From: Monocercomonoides exilis PA203
Lineage: Eukaryota > Protista > Preaxostyla
DNA: 64,000 bases
Direction of reading: 5' to 3'
NCBI GenBank assembly: GCA_001643675.2
Contig: LSRY02000004.1
Location: 1,984,001 to 2,048,000, forward strand
The notes under the pieces are model-generated. The model was not told the DNA's origin, did no database searches, and worked only from the letters and a program-made list of their open reading frames with translations. This document shows positions 51,697 through 63,425 of the stretch, in pieces. Every line of letters begins with the position of its first letter. Positions within the stretch are counted from its first letter, which is position 1. The position numbers and the translations under genes are program-made.

Positions 51697-52237
51697 AAGA
51701 AATTTATCTTCATTTCAACTTGTTTTAAATGTGAATTTTTTTTCTTATTGTTCTTTTTTTTTTTCTTATAGATAATTAACTTAAATTGAAAAATGATTTT
51801 TGTTTCATCATTAAAAATTGCTTTTGTAATTCCATTAAATTTGAATTCATACAAACATTTCCCCTCAAATTTATTTTATTTTTTTTACATAAATTTAAAA
51901 GAAACATTTTTGCTTCTTTAACATTTATTCTGTTTTTCACAATAAAATATGATATTTTTATGGAATATAAATCATTTGAAATTTCAACAAATTTCAGCGA
52001 ATTTTTTCAAAATATAACAGTATTTTATTTTGCAACTTAAAATAGATATTAATTATTCCGAACCCATAATATAAATTATAAAAACCATAAATAATAAAAA
52101 TTCAACAAAAATACAAACAATAATTTGACCACCACAAAAAAGAAAAATGTCAAATGAACATAAGGAAAAATTAATAAACAAAACACTCTTTTCAAATCTT
52201 TTGATTAGAAGAAATATCATCAATTGCAGAATTAAGG

Positions 52238-55200
52238 AAAGCCATTTTTGCCAAATCATTAAATCCAGGCCAGGGAATAAAAAAAGTCAAAAGAAACAAA
52301 GCTCAAAGCACTTCAAAGGCAGAGGAAAATCTGTAAAAATTTGAAAAATGATTGATAGAATGAATTTTGAAGGAGAATTGCTGGATTAATATGACGTCTC
52401 CTGCATGCTGAAAAAAATAATAGGTGCTTGATCCTCATCTTTTTTTTTTCGTTGGTTGGTTGGGTATTGACATATACTTTACATCTCACAACGAACATAT
52501 ATATAGTTTGCACATAAATTTACTTATAAAAAATAAAAACACAAATTTAAACAATTTACGAATAGAGTTAAAATTCATTTTTTAAAGGCTGACAATGTGC
52601 TCGAAAATTGAAAAGATACGACCAACAAGTTGGAGTTATAGAGCATTTACTTCTAGGATATTAACATTTGAAACGGAAAAAATTGTTGTACGCGACATTT
52701 TCACTAAAGACAAGTTTTATTCATGTTTGCACACATTTATTTATTTGGAGAAGAAGTTTTCCGATAGCTGAAAATAATTCTAATGATTCTCAAGAGATTG
52801 TGTTATGTGTTGCACATTGCGTGGACAGCGGTGTTATTGGCTATTGCACTCAAACAGTGAATGATTCAACAACTAAATTTAAGATAAAAACCTATTCATA
52901 TGTAATAAAAGAATTTATAGTAATTATGAATATTAAGGATAAACCTGTGCATATCGCTTTGAACAAGGAGCGCATTGTGGTGTTTCATGAAGATTATGTG
53001 GCTGTGTTCAATCTTAATGGCAAATATCTTTCTAGATTTAACTTTTGTATGAGAAAAAACATTCAATCTATGAAAATGCATTTCTTTATTATTATTATTT
53101 TAATATAAATTTAGCTGACGATTACAAAAACCACATTCCATTTACAGCACAAAACACAGCACTTGGGCCAATGTTATCAAGGTCTAATGCTATCGACAAA
53201 AACTCGCCTTGCTGGCTTGCTATTTCACTCCCATCGACTGAAGGAGATGTGGCATTAATAAATATTGGTTATAAGACATCGTGCATTGAAGGGTCTGATA
53301 ATATTGGAAGCAGCAGTACGGATGATTCAAGTGGAAAGCCGATGGAGGTGCGAATAAGTAGAAATACGAATATAAACGATAACAGAACATTCAAAGCACA
53401 CAATCATGGACCAGTTGCTGCATTAAGTCTTTCAAAAGATGGAGAGCTGCTTGCTACAGCTGGACAAAAGGTTTGGAGGAAAAGGAAACAAGTTGATGTC
53501 ATATTTGGAAAAGCACATATTTGATATTGATCATTTAAATTCTGATTCTAATTCTGATTCCAATTTTAATTTTAATTTTAATTTCAATTTCAATTTCAAT
53601 TCTGATTCTGATTTTTATAATTATTGCGACATTGTTGCACATTTATGAATTGGGACCATTCAGGGGACGATTATCAGGCTGTGGAATGTGCAGGACGGAA
53701 CATGTGTGGGGGAATACAACCGAAGCAAATACGGGAGCCGATGCATAATATATTGTATGTGTTGAGGATTCAAGGAAGGTCAGAAAGAGAAAGAGAAAGA
53801 AAAAGAGAAAGAGAAGAGAGGCAAAAGCTAAATGAAGTTAAAAGAATAGAATTTTGTTGTGTGGAGTTTGTGAGATTAATATTTGAAGGGAGATCTGCTG
53901 GATAAGTGAAGATGGAAATATTTATCGAGTGGGCAGATGATTTTTTTTATTGGGGAGTCTTTTTTTCTTTTCTTTTTCTTTTCTTTTTCTTTTCTTTTCT
54001 TATTTATTTATTTATTTATTTATGTAACTCCTTCATTTTGTTGCTTGTGGCTGGACGTTTACTGTTCATTGTGTGTGTGTTGGGATTGTGTGATGTTTGC
54101 GTGATGTTTGCGTGATGTTTGTGGCTGTTGCTGGTTGGGACAGCTGTGGCGATTTCAGTTGAAAGCAATGTCATATCGGCATTTGGGAAAAGTGGGACGC
54201 TGCACATCTGGAGGATTCCCAAGACCGAAGAAATATCATCATCATCATCATCATCATCTTCTTCTTCTTCTTCTTCTTCTTCTTCTTCATCTTCTTCACC
54301 ATCTTCTTCATCTTCATCTTCAAGGGACAGAGAAGAAGATTTGCAGGATTTGAAGGCATTGTCAGAAGCAGAATGCAAGAAGAAAGAGGGGAACAAGGAT
54401 GAAGGGCGGGAAGAAGAGAGAACAGAAAAGAAAGGGCTGTTTTCATCTCTGTTTGGATGGTTTCGAAAGCCAGCTGAAAGTGAATCATCATCATCATCAT
54501 CGACATCATCATCATCATCATCATCATCATTGCTGTTGCCATCATCATCGCCGCGGATGCTGTTTGGGCAGCAGCAGGAGTCAGAGATGCACGAAGTGTT
54601 CCACATGGAGGACAGCCGGCTGAAGTTGGGGAAGGAGAAGGCAGGGCTGTTTGGGACAGTCGGGTTTGCAGAAGACGCAGAAGGGAAAGAACGCTTGCTG
54701 GTATGTATCTTTTTTTTATTTTTGAAAGTGAAAGAGAGAGAGAGAAAGAGAGAGAGGAATTGAATCTTTGGAAGAATTTGATTTGTTGCATATATTTTGT
54801 AGGGGGGGGAGATGTTTGCTGTGGGGATTATGAATGAAATCTATTGAATTTATATTTTCTTTTTTCTTTTTCTTTCTTTTTTTGATAATGTTTATTTGGG
54901 GCTTGGGATCTGTTGTGATTGGCGGGTGACGGATGCAGCTGACACACAGCGGAGGAAGGGTGTTTGTGTTTGGGTGCGAGGGAGAGGGAGAGAGAGAAGG
55001 AGAGAAAGAGAAAGAGAAAGAGGGAGAGAAAGAAAAAGAAGGAGAAGGAGAGAGAAAAGGAGAAGGGGTGAAAGGGAAGTGGGCGTGCTTGGGGTGTCTG
55101 GAGCTGGAGGCGCAGAAGGAGGACTGGAAGGAAGTGTGCGAGGGATAAAGGCAATTAAGATGATAAAGACGATAAAAGTGAATAAAAGTGAATAAAAGTG

Positions 55201-55549
55201 AATAAAAGTGAATAAAAGATGATAAAGATGATAAAGATGATAAAGATGATAAAAGATGATAAAAGATGATAAAAGTGAATGAAAGAGAATGAAATGAGGA
55301 AAGGAGATGGTGGAGAAGAGGAGACACTTTGGAATTGTTTCTGATCTGTTCCATCTGCCATCTTTTGGCTGGGGATTGCTCCTTTCAATTTGGCAGGGTG
55401 TGCCTTCACACAGGAAGGGAAGGGAAGGAAAAGAAGGAAAAGAAGGGAAGGGAAGGGAATAAAAGATAAATCAAGAGCCAGACATCATTTTTTTTTTGGG
55501 AATCTGAAATTTTATTGTTGGAGTTTGCAGATGACGATGATAAATGAAT
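52238..55549 (+). repeat. Right arm of ~3.3 kb inverted duplication
   Basis: Reverse complement of 45882-49161. Near-identical on the inner side, with microsatellite-length differences and substitutions on the outer side. Confidence 0.95.
52595..55148 (+). CDS. ATG18/WIPI (PROPPIN)-like WD40 protein, copy B
   Basis: PVHIALNKERIVV (cf. V.LN+.RLVV), EGDVALIN, AH..., LLATAGQK|GTIIR (intron 53471-53663), IIY|SVAIS (intron 53755-54143), GTLHIW; last exon LTHSGGRVFVF ends at TAA 55148. The start codon is uncertain. Confidence 0.72.
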
Positions 55550-55875
55550 AATCAAAAAGAAAAAATGGTTGTATGTTTGATTTTCTTGTTGAAGCATTAT
55601 TATCATATTTACATCGTTTCTTTCTTTCTTGTTTGTTATTATTTGAGATTTGGATTGCTTTTTTTGTCAATTTTTGCATTTTGTATTCATTTTTTGAAAT
55701 GATTCAAACAAAAAATAAAAATAAAAATATAGTTTATGAAAATTATCAATTTATTTTTGTGAATTTTCAAAAAGTTATCAAAACGCAAAACATTGATGAT
55801 TCAATTGAAAAAAGACGTTGTCTTTACCTTTAAAGATACAATCATAAATATTAAATACAAAGTGATTATTAATTA

Positions 55876-57544
55876 TCACAGCCTTGCGATGGCCCTTGGA
55901 GTTTTCCTCACTTCCATCACTTCGTCGGACAAAGGCGTAAGAGAATCAACAAACAGCATCTGAAGCTAAACGAAATGGACATATTATTATTTTCAAAAGA
56001 CCACATATTCAAACACATTTCACAAAAAAATTGTTAATTTTCTCAATCAAAAATGGTTGTCGAACAAAAAGTGTGAATTTCTCATTTCCAATAGACAAGG
56101 AAAAAAAAAGAGAGAGAAAGAGAAAGAGAGAGAGGGGGGAGATTGATTTCAAGACACACCTTTTTACCGTATTTTTTAAATCTTTCTTTGCTGTGCCTCA
56201 GAGAATTGATTGTCTTTCCTATTTCAGGCAGCTTCATGTACTGGGTAGATGTTGACGGGTCGAGCATTAGCAGTGCAACATTCTCCTGTTCAAAGAATAA
56301 TTAATGTTGAAATTTATTTTTATTAATAAAAACACCATAACATTGAAAAGTTAAGAAACGAATATTTTTTATTTGGATGAGAAAATAAAAGATAAAACAA
56401 AGCAATGCATACAACAGAGCATCTATCAACGCCTATAACAGTCTTTGAATGTCCTTCCATTTGAAAGAAGACTGGCGAACAAAAAGTTTCTTGCAAAATG
56501 AGAGATGAATCAGTTGAAGATTGAGGTAAAGAAGAAGAAGAAGAAGAAGAAGAAGATAACGATGTTGATAATGTTGATGATGGAGATGTCGAAGAAGAAG
56601 CCGTGGAAGAAGAATGCATTTCTGCCTTTTCAAACGGAGCACCTCCTTTGTGATGAGTTTTTCTGTCTGCTTCATCGGAAGCATCTCCCTGCCTATCAAA
56701 ATAATCCAAAAGCCATTTAAAAGCAGCGTCAGAAGAAGATTGGCATTCAACAATCTTGGCTCTGATAAATGAAACAGAAATAATTATCAGCAGTTCTTTT
56801 TTAATAAAAAGCAAACGAAATACGTAGTGAAGAAAGAAATGTATAGACTTCGACTGCTCCGATAAACTTTTTTGACCCAACAAGCTAAGTCATTGTTCAA
56901 TAAAATAAACAATATTTCTTTTAAATAATTTTTATAACAGTCCCAAACTTTTCCTTTATAATAAGCTGCACCTTCTGGATCAAAACCTCTTAATAAATAA
57001 ATAAATAGCACAAAATTAAAACGGAACTTAAAACAAACCGTTTCCATGCTTCTTCTATTCTTTCCTGTATGCAATGGATTGATGGAATTCCAAATATTCC
57101 AACTATTTAAAAAGCTTTCTTTCAGATTTTTAAAAATTCAAACATACGTGTCGCAAGATTATCACAAATTGATGGAACATTCATCAGAGATGACATAAGC
57201 ATTTGCGTATTTCGGTATCCGCATCCCCAACTATGGTCATAATCTCCAACAGGATGATAATCTTTTGATATTTCAAGGTAAAATGTTTTGTTTTTGTAAT
57301 AAAATGTTTTTTTCGAATATGGATAATCAAACCTATTTCATGGCACAATCGCATGATCCCATGCTTTTTTCTCTCCGGTAATTTTTGTAAATATCGATGA
57401 ATATGAGATATTATCGAGGAAACATAAAATCCATTTTCTATCAACTGTCAATAGCATATTTTTTAACAAGTCAATCTTATCATCCAAAAATCAAATAACT
57501 TTTTTCTTTCTTCAAACTTCTGTCAATTCTTCATCTTTTTTCAT
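55876..57544 (-). CDS. ZUP1/ZUFSP/Mug105-type C78-family cysteine peptidase (putative deubiquitinase), catalytic domain only
   Basis: Spliced motifs DHSWGCGYRNTQMLMSSL, IPSIHCIQERIEEAWKRGFDPEGA, KKFIGAVEVY, PVFFQMEGHSKTVIG, LLMLDP supply the Cys/His/Asp triad. The gene is spread over ~8 short exons and is largely missed by the ORF track. Confidence 0.85.
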
Positions 57545-57668
57545 TTGATCAAAAGCACCATAGCAAAATATTTCTTTATTACTTTCATCTTTTCATTTTC
57601 CGAGTAATTTTTGATTTAATTACCACGAGTGTATTTATTTCAAGATTAAAATATATTATTAATTTGTA
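57545..57668. promoter_or_regulatory. Putative bidirectional promoter ZUP1-like/VTI1
   Basis: 124 bp between divergent ATGs; TGATCA at 57546. Confidence 0.55.
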
Positions 57669-58680
57669 ATGCCATCACCAACAGCTGAATGGTCGCTTTA
57701 TCTAAAAAGCGCAGATGAACTTTTTTCTCAATGCGATTCTCTTCTTGAAGAATTACCAACGGTTACAGGAGATCAAAAAACCAGATTAGTTTCAGATATT
57801 AACGTCCGACTAAATGAGACGTCTCAACTTGTTTGCAAATTTTGCATCTGAAAAATATTAAAATTCATTTTCTCATTTTCCTTCATAAAAAATCGTTTTG
57901 CAATATTTGCTTATTAACATCTTCTCAAGATTGATTCTATGAATACGTTGTTACCAGAGATGACTGGCCCTCAGCGTGCTGACGCCAATGAAGATCTAAC
58001 TTCTCTAAGAGCTCGTCTTTCTTCATATCGAAGCAGAGTTAGGTTTGTTATATATCATTTCGAGCTATTTTACATCATTATATGTCTGTGCAGGAGAGCA
58101 GCACTGATTGTTGGAGACACACCATCTATGAGGGTTTCATTACTTGGCTCAGATGGAAGAAACAGAGAAGTTGAAGTTTGCATATTATTTTTAACAATTG
58201 GCAATGAATATAAAATGCCTAACAACAACATTGTTTTCTTTTCCCCGTAATTTTATGAAAATTCAAAGCTTGGTGATGTTGAAGGTGTTAGACGAATGAA
58301 GGAATCAACCAGACAACTTGAAGAAGGTACTTCTATGCTGGATGATACAACCAGAGTTTTAAGTGATACAATTGAGGTCGCCAATGGAATTACAACAGAA
58401 TTACAAAAGCAAAGAGAAACTACTAGAAGAATAAGAGGCTATGTGTGTTTTTTTATTTTGTTTTGAAAGATATTTTTTATTTGTTTCATTTATCCATTCA
58501 CGAATACTTGAATTTTTAATGAAGTCTCAAGACATTGATGAAGATCTAGGGCATTCAGCATCTATTATTAGGAGGATGTTGTGTCGTTCAAAAAGAAATA
58601 CTGCGATTGTTATTGGGATTATTGTCGTTATTGTTGTTTTAATAATTATTATTATTGCTTTAATTGTTAAGCATAAATAA
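57669..58680 (+). CDS. VTI1: Qb-SNARE Vti1-like, 5 exons
   Basis: Habc-like N-terminus, RVSLLG linker, SNARE motif LDDTTRVLSDTIEVANGITTELQKQRET...IDEDLGHSASIIRRMLCR, and a C-terminal TM anchor. Confidence 0.82.
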
Positions 58681-58818
58681 ATATAATCTATTTTATTTTT
58701 TAAACATTAGATTCCTTTCTTTCAATAGAATAAATATTTGCTTTGTGATGCAAACTGATTAAATAATTGTTATAACCATAGTTTAGAAAATAGAAGATCA
58801 ATAATATCTCTAAAAGAG

Positions 58819-61481
58819 ATGTCCATGCAGCCCTATCAACCTGATCTAACTGTTGGTTCCATGTACGACTTTATTGTTAATTATTTTATTTTAGTAAATG
58901 AAAATGTTTTTGTTTTAGCCTCTGTTGTGTATGTGGTGCTCCAATTACACCAAATCCTTCAAATAAATGTGCAGAATGTCTTAGAGCACAAGTGGATATT
59001 ACTGAAGGAATATCAAGACAAAATATAGTTGTCTTTTGTCGTGGATGTGAAAGGTATTGAGTCCGAAAGATTCTATTTTCATATTTTTCAATTTTGTTCT
59101 ATTTTGTGAATTATTCATAAAGATATCTTCAACCCCCAAAAACATGGGTTACATGCACTCTTGAATCGCGTGAATTACTAACAATATGCTTAAAAACTCT
59201 GAAAGGTTTAAATAAAGTTAGATTAGTTGATGCGCGATTTCTGTGGACAGAACCTCATTCAAGGAGGCTGATTGTTCGACTTACCATTCAAAAAGAAGTT
59301 TCTGGGGCTATATTGCAACAGGAATTTGATGTGACTTACGTTGTTAAAACGCAACAGTGCGATTTATGCACACGAGCAATGGCCAGCGATACTTGGAGCG
59401 CTGTTGTCCAACTTCGTCAAAAAGTCGATCACAAGCGAACGTTTTTGTTCCTTGAACAACAAATTTTAAAGCATCGAGCCCAAAAAGATGTTATAAAGAT
59501 CAAGGTTTTTTTTTTCATGTTTTTCTTTAAGCGAATTTTTTACAATCATATTTAGAGTTATCCTGATGGAATTGATTTTTATTTTGGACAGAAATCGCAA
59601 GCTGACCGTTTTGCACAGTTCATACAAGACTTTGCAACATGTAGAGAAAAGCAATCAGAACAGATGATATCTCAAGATGTTCATAATCACACCGAGCATA
59701 AGAAGCAGGCTATTTCTTTAGAAATTGCTCCCGTGTGCAGAGATGATTTAGTTTGGTTGGATAAGAAAGTGGCCATGAGATGCGGATCAATCAGCCAGCT
59801 GTGCTTGGTACGAAAAATAACAACTGCTATTCATCTGGTCGATCCAGATAAAATGATATGTATGAAGATTTCTGAAAATTATTTTCCTATTAACTATTCA
59901 AAAAAAAAATTTTTTTTTCTTGTTTGTGTGTTTAATAACTACAATTCGATGTCGTTTGATCTCAATCAACAGTCAGCGATTGTGCAGCGCAGATTTATTG
60001 GGGGACACCTTTTATCGTGCTGGCAAATGCTGCTCAACTCAGCAAGTATTTCGTGAAGAATATTGACTTAACGAGTAAAATAGTGGGAAAAGTATGTCTT
60101 GTTTTATTTTCCTGACATTTGAACACTTTGTAACCTGCTGTTGTCTATTCTGAATGCGACCATCTTCTTCAAAAGTACCAACAAGCTGATGTTGTGTTGG
60201 AAAAGCTGGATGAAAAAGGAAATTTCTGTGGTGAATTCACATGCAAAACGCATCTTGGCAATTTGTTGACTGAAGGAGATCTTGTGTTAGGGTATGCAAG
60301 GAGTTGCGCCTGTGACTAAATATAAAAGGGAAAAAGTATTTTTTTTTTTTAGAAATATTTTTCAAATATTTGAGAAAGTGAAAGATGAATTGATATTTTT
60401 TTGAATATTTTTATGTACTTTTATCATTGAAAATGTTGAATTTTTTAATTAACTGTAAACATTTTTTTTTTCGGTTTTGCTACTCTTCATTATTGACTGT
60501 CTCGTGTATGCAAAGGTATGACATGACAAGCTTGAATCCGAGAGATTCCTCGTTGACTGAAAAAAAGGCCCATGAAATACCAGATGTGGTTTGCTATTCC
60601 ATTTAATGAAATATTTTTCTTTGTTATTCTTTGCTCTCTCTTCGATATTGTTTTGTTACTTTATATTAGCTTATTGTTCGGAAAACATATGAGCTGACTG
60701 AAAGAAGGAAGCAGAACCGGAAATTCTGGCGACTGAAGCGTTTAACAGTTGATGAAGAAGACGAGAGAGAGCAGAAGCGAGACATGATAGAACGAAAAAT
60801 GAGAGATGAAGACATATTCATCAATGAAATTGAAGAAAACAAAGAGTTCCGCTCAGAAATCAATATTTACAAAAACATAAGTATGTGCAAAAAAATTCCT
60901 TTCTTTTTTATTTTATTTTGTTTTGTTTTGTTTTGTTTTTTGAATCTATTTTTCGAATTTTCTAATTCTTTTTATTTTGTAATATTCTTTTTCTTTCAAA
61001 TTAATATCTTTTCAAAAATGTTTTCACTTTTCTATATTGTTTTATTGTTCCAGACACAAAATCAAAGCGGATGGAGAAAGACATTCAACCGTCTTCTTCA
61101 TCGAGTCCGTCCAGCTCCATCTCAAGTGCTTCGTCTGCTGCAGGGCAAATGATCTCATCGCTTCCGGTTGGCTCTGCTATTCCTGGGCTGACAGGAGGAA
61201 GGACGATGGATGAAGACGATGATGGAGCAGATGGCATTCCAATTGCAAGAGATGACGACGACGATGATGATGGAAAGATGGCAATTGATGATGAAGATGA
61301 TGAGTATATGGTTTGAAATCAATATTTGTTCAATAAAAGAATTTATTGAAAATGCTTGTTTTCTCTTTTAATATCAAATTTTTCTTTTCTTTTTCTATTG
61401 TTTCACTGCATTCAGATCAAATTGACGGAGATGATGGATGACTTGGAAGTTGCAGATACGCCAACTGGTGAAGAAAAGTAA
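58819..61481 (+). CDS. NMD3: 60S ribosomal export adaptor Nmd3
   Basis: ILCCVCGAPITPNPSNKCAECLRAQVDITEGI, YLQPPKTW..CTLESRELL, LVDARFLWTEPHSRR, WSAVVQLRQKVDHKRTFLFLEQQILKH, KTHLGNLL, and C-terminal NES-like IKLTEMMDDLEV. Many introns. Confidence 0.96.
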
Positions 61482-62044
61482 ATTAATTCATTTCACTTTA
61501 AAAAGTAATTTTTTATTTGATGCTTTAGTGTTTTTATGCTATAGCGACAGTTCACTTCATCGTATTTACAATTTATTTTCCCATCAAAAGTTGGGTTAAT
61601 AGGATAAAAAAATACCTCAATCATCCAACAGAATTTGGAGAAGTTTGCTTGCAAAGGAGTTTAGCTTAATATTAAATATTGTTTTTTTTATTTATGAAAG
61701 CTCCAACGAATTGATTGGAGATAAGTGAATAAAAGCAAAGAAGAAGAACCAACAAAAACAATAAAAGTGGATGATGTGAAGGAAAATAATGCGGATGATG
61801 TGGAGTAAAATGATCAGAACAACAAAATGTTAAAAAAGCATTTTCATCATTTGCAAATGTGTAATTAAATCTCTTGTAAGTTTAAACACTCCTTCTTTTT
61901 CCTACTTCAAAAAAAATATTTTTTGTCGAAAATATGAAAGAAAATGCAAATTTTTCCTTTTCTGCATAATGTGTCAATCCAAACTCTTCTCTTTGAAAAC
62001 CTAATGCTTCAATGTTTCTCTCGCAATATTCTTTGTTCAGTGGT

Positions 62045-63425
62045 TTATTTCTTGGCACTTGCTGCTTTCATCGCTTCTAATCGAGCTTTCATGGCTTCCT
62101 TGGAAATAACCATAGTACCCGCTTCCTCTTCCTCTTCGTCCTCTTCGTCTTCTTCCTCATCTTCCTCTTCTTCCTCGACCTTCTTTTTGGGAGCTTCTGC
62201 TTTTGGCTGTGGTTTTGGTTTTGAGACAACCATTGTTCCATAGTCTCCATCATCGTCTTCATCTTCCTCTTCTTCCTCTTCTTCCTGAACTTTTGATGCT
62301 GTTGATTTTGAGGAAGAAGCTGCAGATGCAGCAGCTTCGAGTTTCTTTGCCAAGAGTTCCTTATCTCTTTTTGCTTTTGCCTTGCATTCTGTCACTAATT
62401 TCAGCAGCGGCTGAAGCACTTCGCCAGTGGTGTCTTCATATTTAACTATGAACGCATGCTCCATAAGTTCTCTTGCTTCCCATCTTTCGTTTGGATCCTT
62501 TTGGAGACAATGAGTTAGAAAGTCATTCAGCTCATCTGACCATTTTTCTGGTTGTCGTAATGTTGGAGGCGGACGAACAGGGATTTGGAATAATGCCCTA
62601 TATGCATGAACTTCCGCAAGAGGAGGTCTTCCTTCAGCCATTTCAATAGCTGTTATTCCCAAGGACCAAATATCAGCTTTATGGTTATATTTTTCTTCAC
62701 GAATAACTTCGGGCGCCATCCAATATGGTGAACCTATAACTGTATTCCTTTTATCCACTGTACGCTGTAAAGTTGCTGATACGCCAAAGTCTGCGATTTT
62801 AATATCGCCATTTGAAGTTATAAGAATATTTCCTGCTTTTAAATCTCGATGAATTTTTTTTGTCGAATGAAGATAATCTAATCCATCAAGAATCCTCCGC
62901 AACACATATGAAAGCTGCTCTTCCGTAAGTCCATGTTTTGTTGCTTCATATGTGCTTAAAACAGATCCAGCTTCGCAGATTTCCATTGCGATCTTTTGAA
63001 TGCGTTTATTTTAAATAGAAATAGAGAATTCAATTTCAATAATAATATAAGTCTTTTAAACAAAAATTTTTGCAAACGTAAATGCATGTTTCACTTTCTC
63101 TCCATGTTCCACGATATCCAACAATTGCATCCGAATGACATTGTTCAAGAATAATAATTTCCTTCAGAACATCGGACACTTCATCTTCATCTTCAAATTG
63201 TAATTTTTTGACAGCAACAATTTCACCAGAAGCCTTCATTCTTGCACGATAAACAGACCCGTATGCACTATTTGCAAAATGGTAACGAAAAAAGACAACC
63301 AGTAAATGCGTTTTAAAAATTCAAAATAGATAAATAGCATACCCTTGTCCAAGGCATTCCAGCAGGTCAAATACGTCCTTTGGATTTCCTGGGGAAAAGA
63401 TTTTGCTAATATCTGGTTGAGACAT
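62045..63425 (-). CDS. STE20-family (GCK-II/MST-like) Ser/Thr kinase, 3 exons
   Basis: FDLLECLGQG/AYGSVY, VAVKK, IHRDLKAGNIL, ADFGVSATLQRTVDKRNTVIGSPYWMAPEVI, ADIWSLGITAIEMAEGRPP, RALFQIP. Confidence 0.92.

Noticed and set aside
45860-55570. Autonomous DNA transposon interpretation of the inverted repeat
   Set aside because: No transposase or recombinase ORF and no target-site duplication in the flanks. Kept only as a hypothesis for a non-autonomous element.
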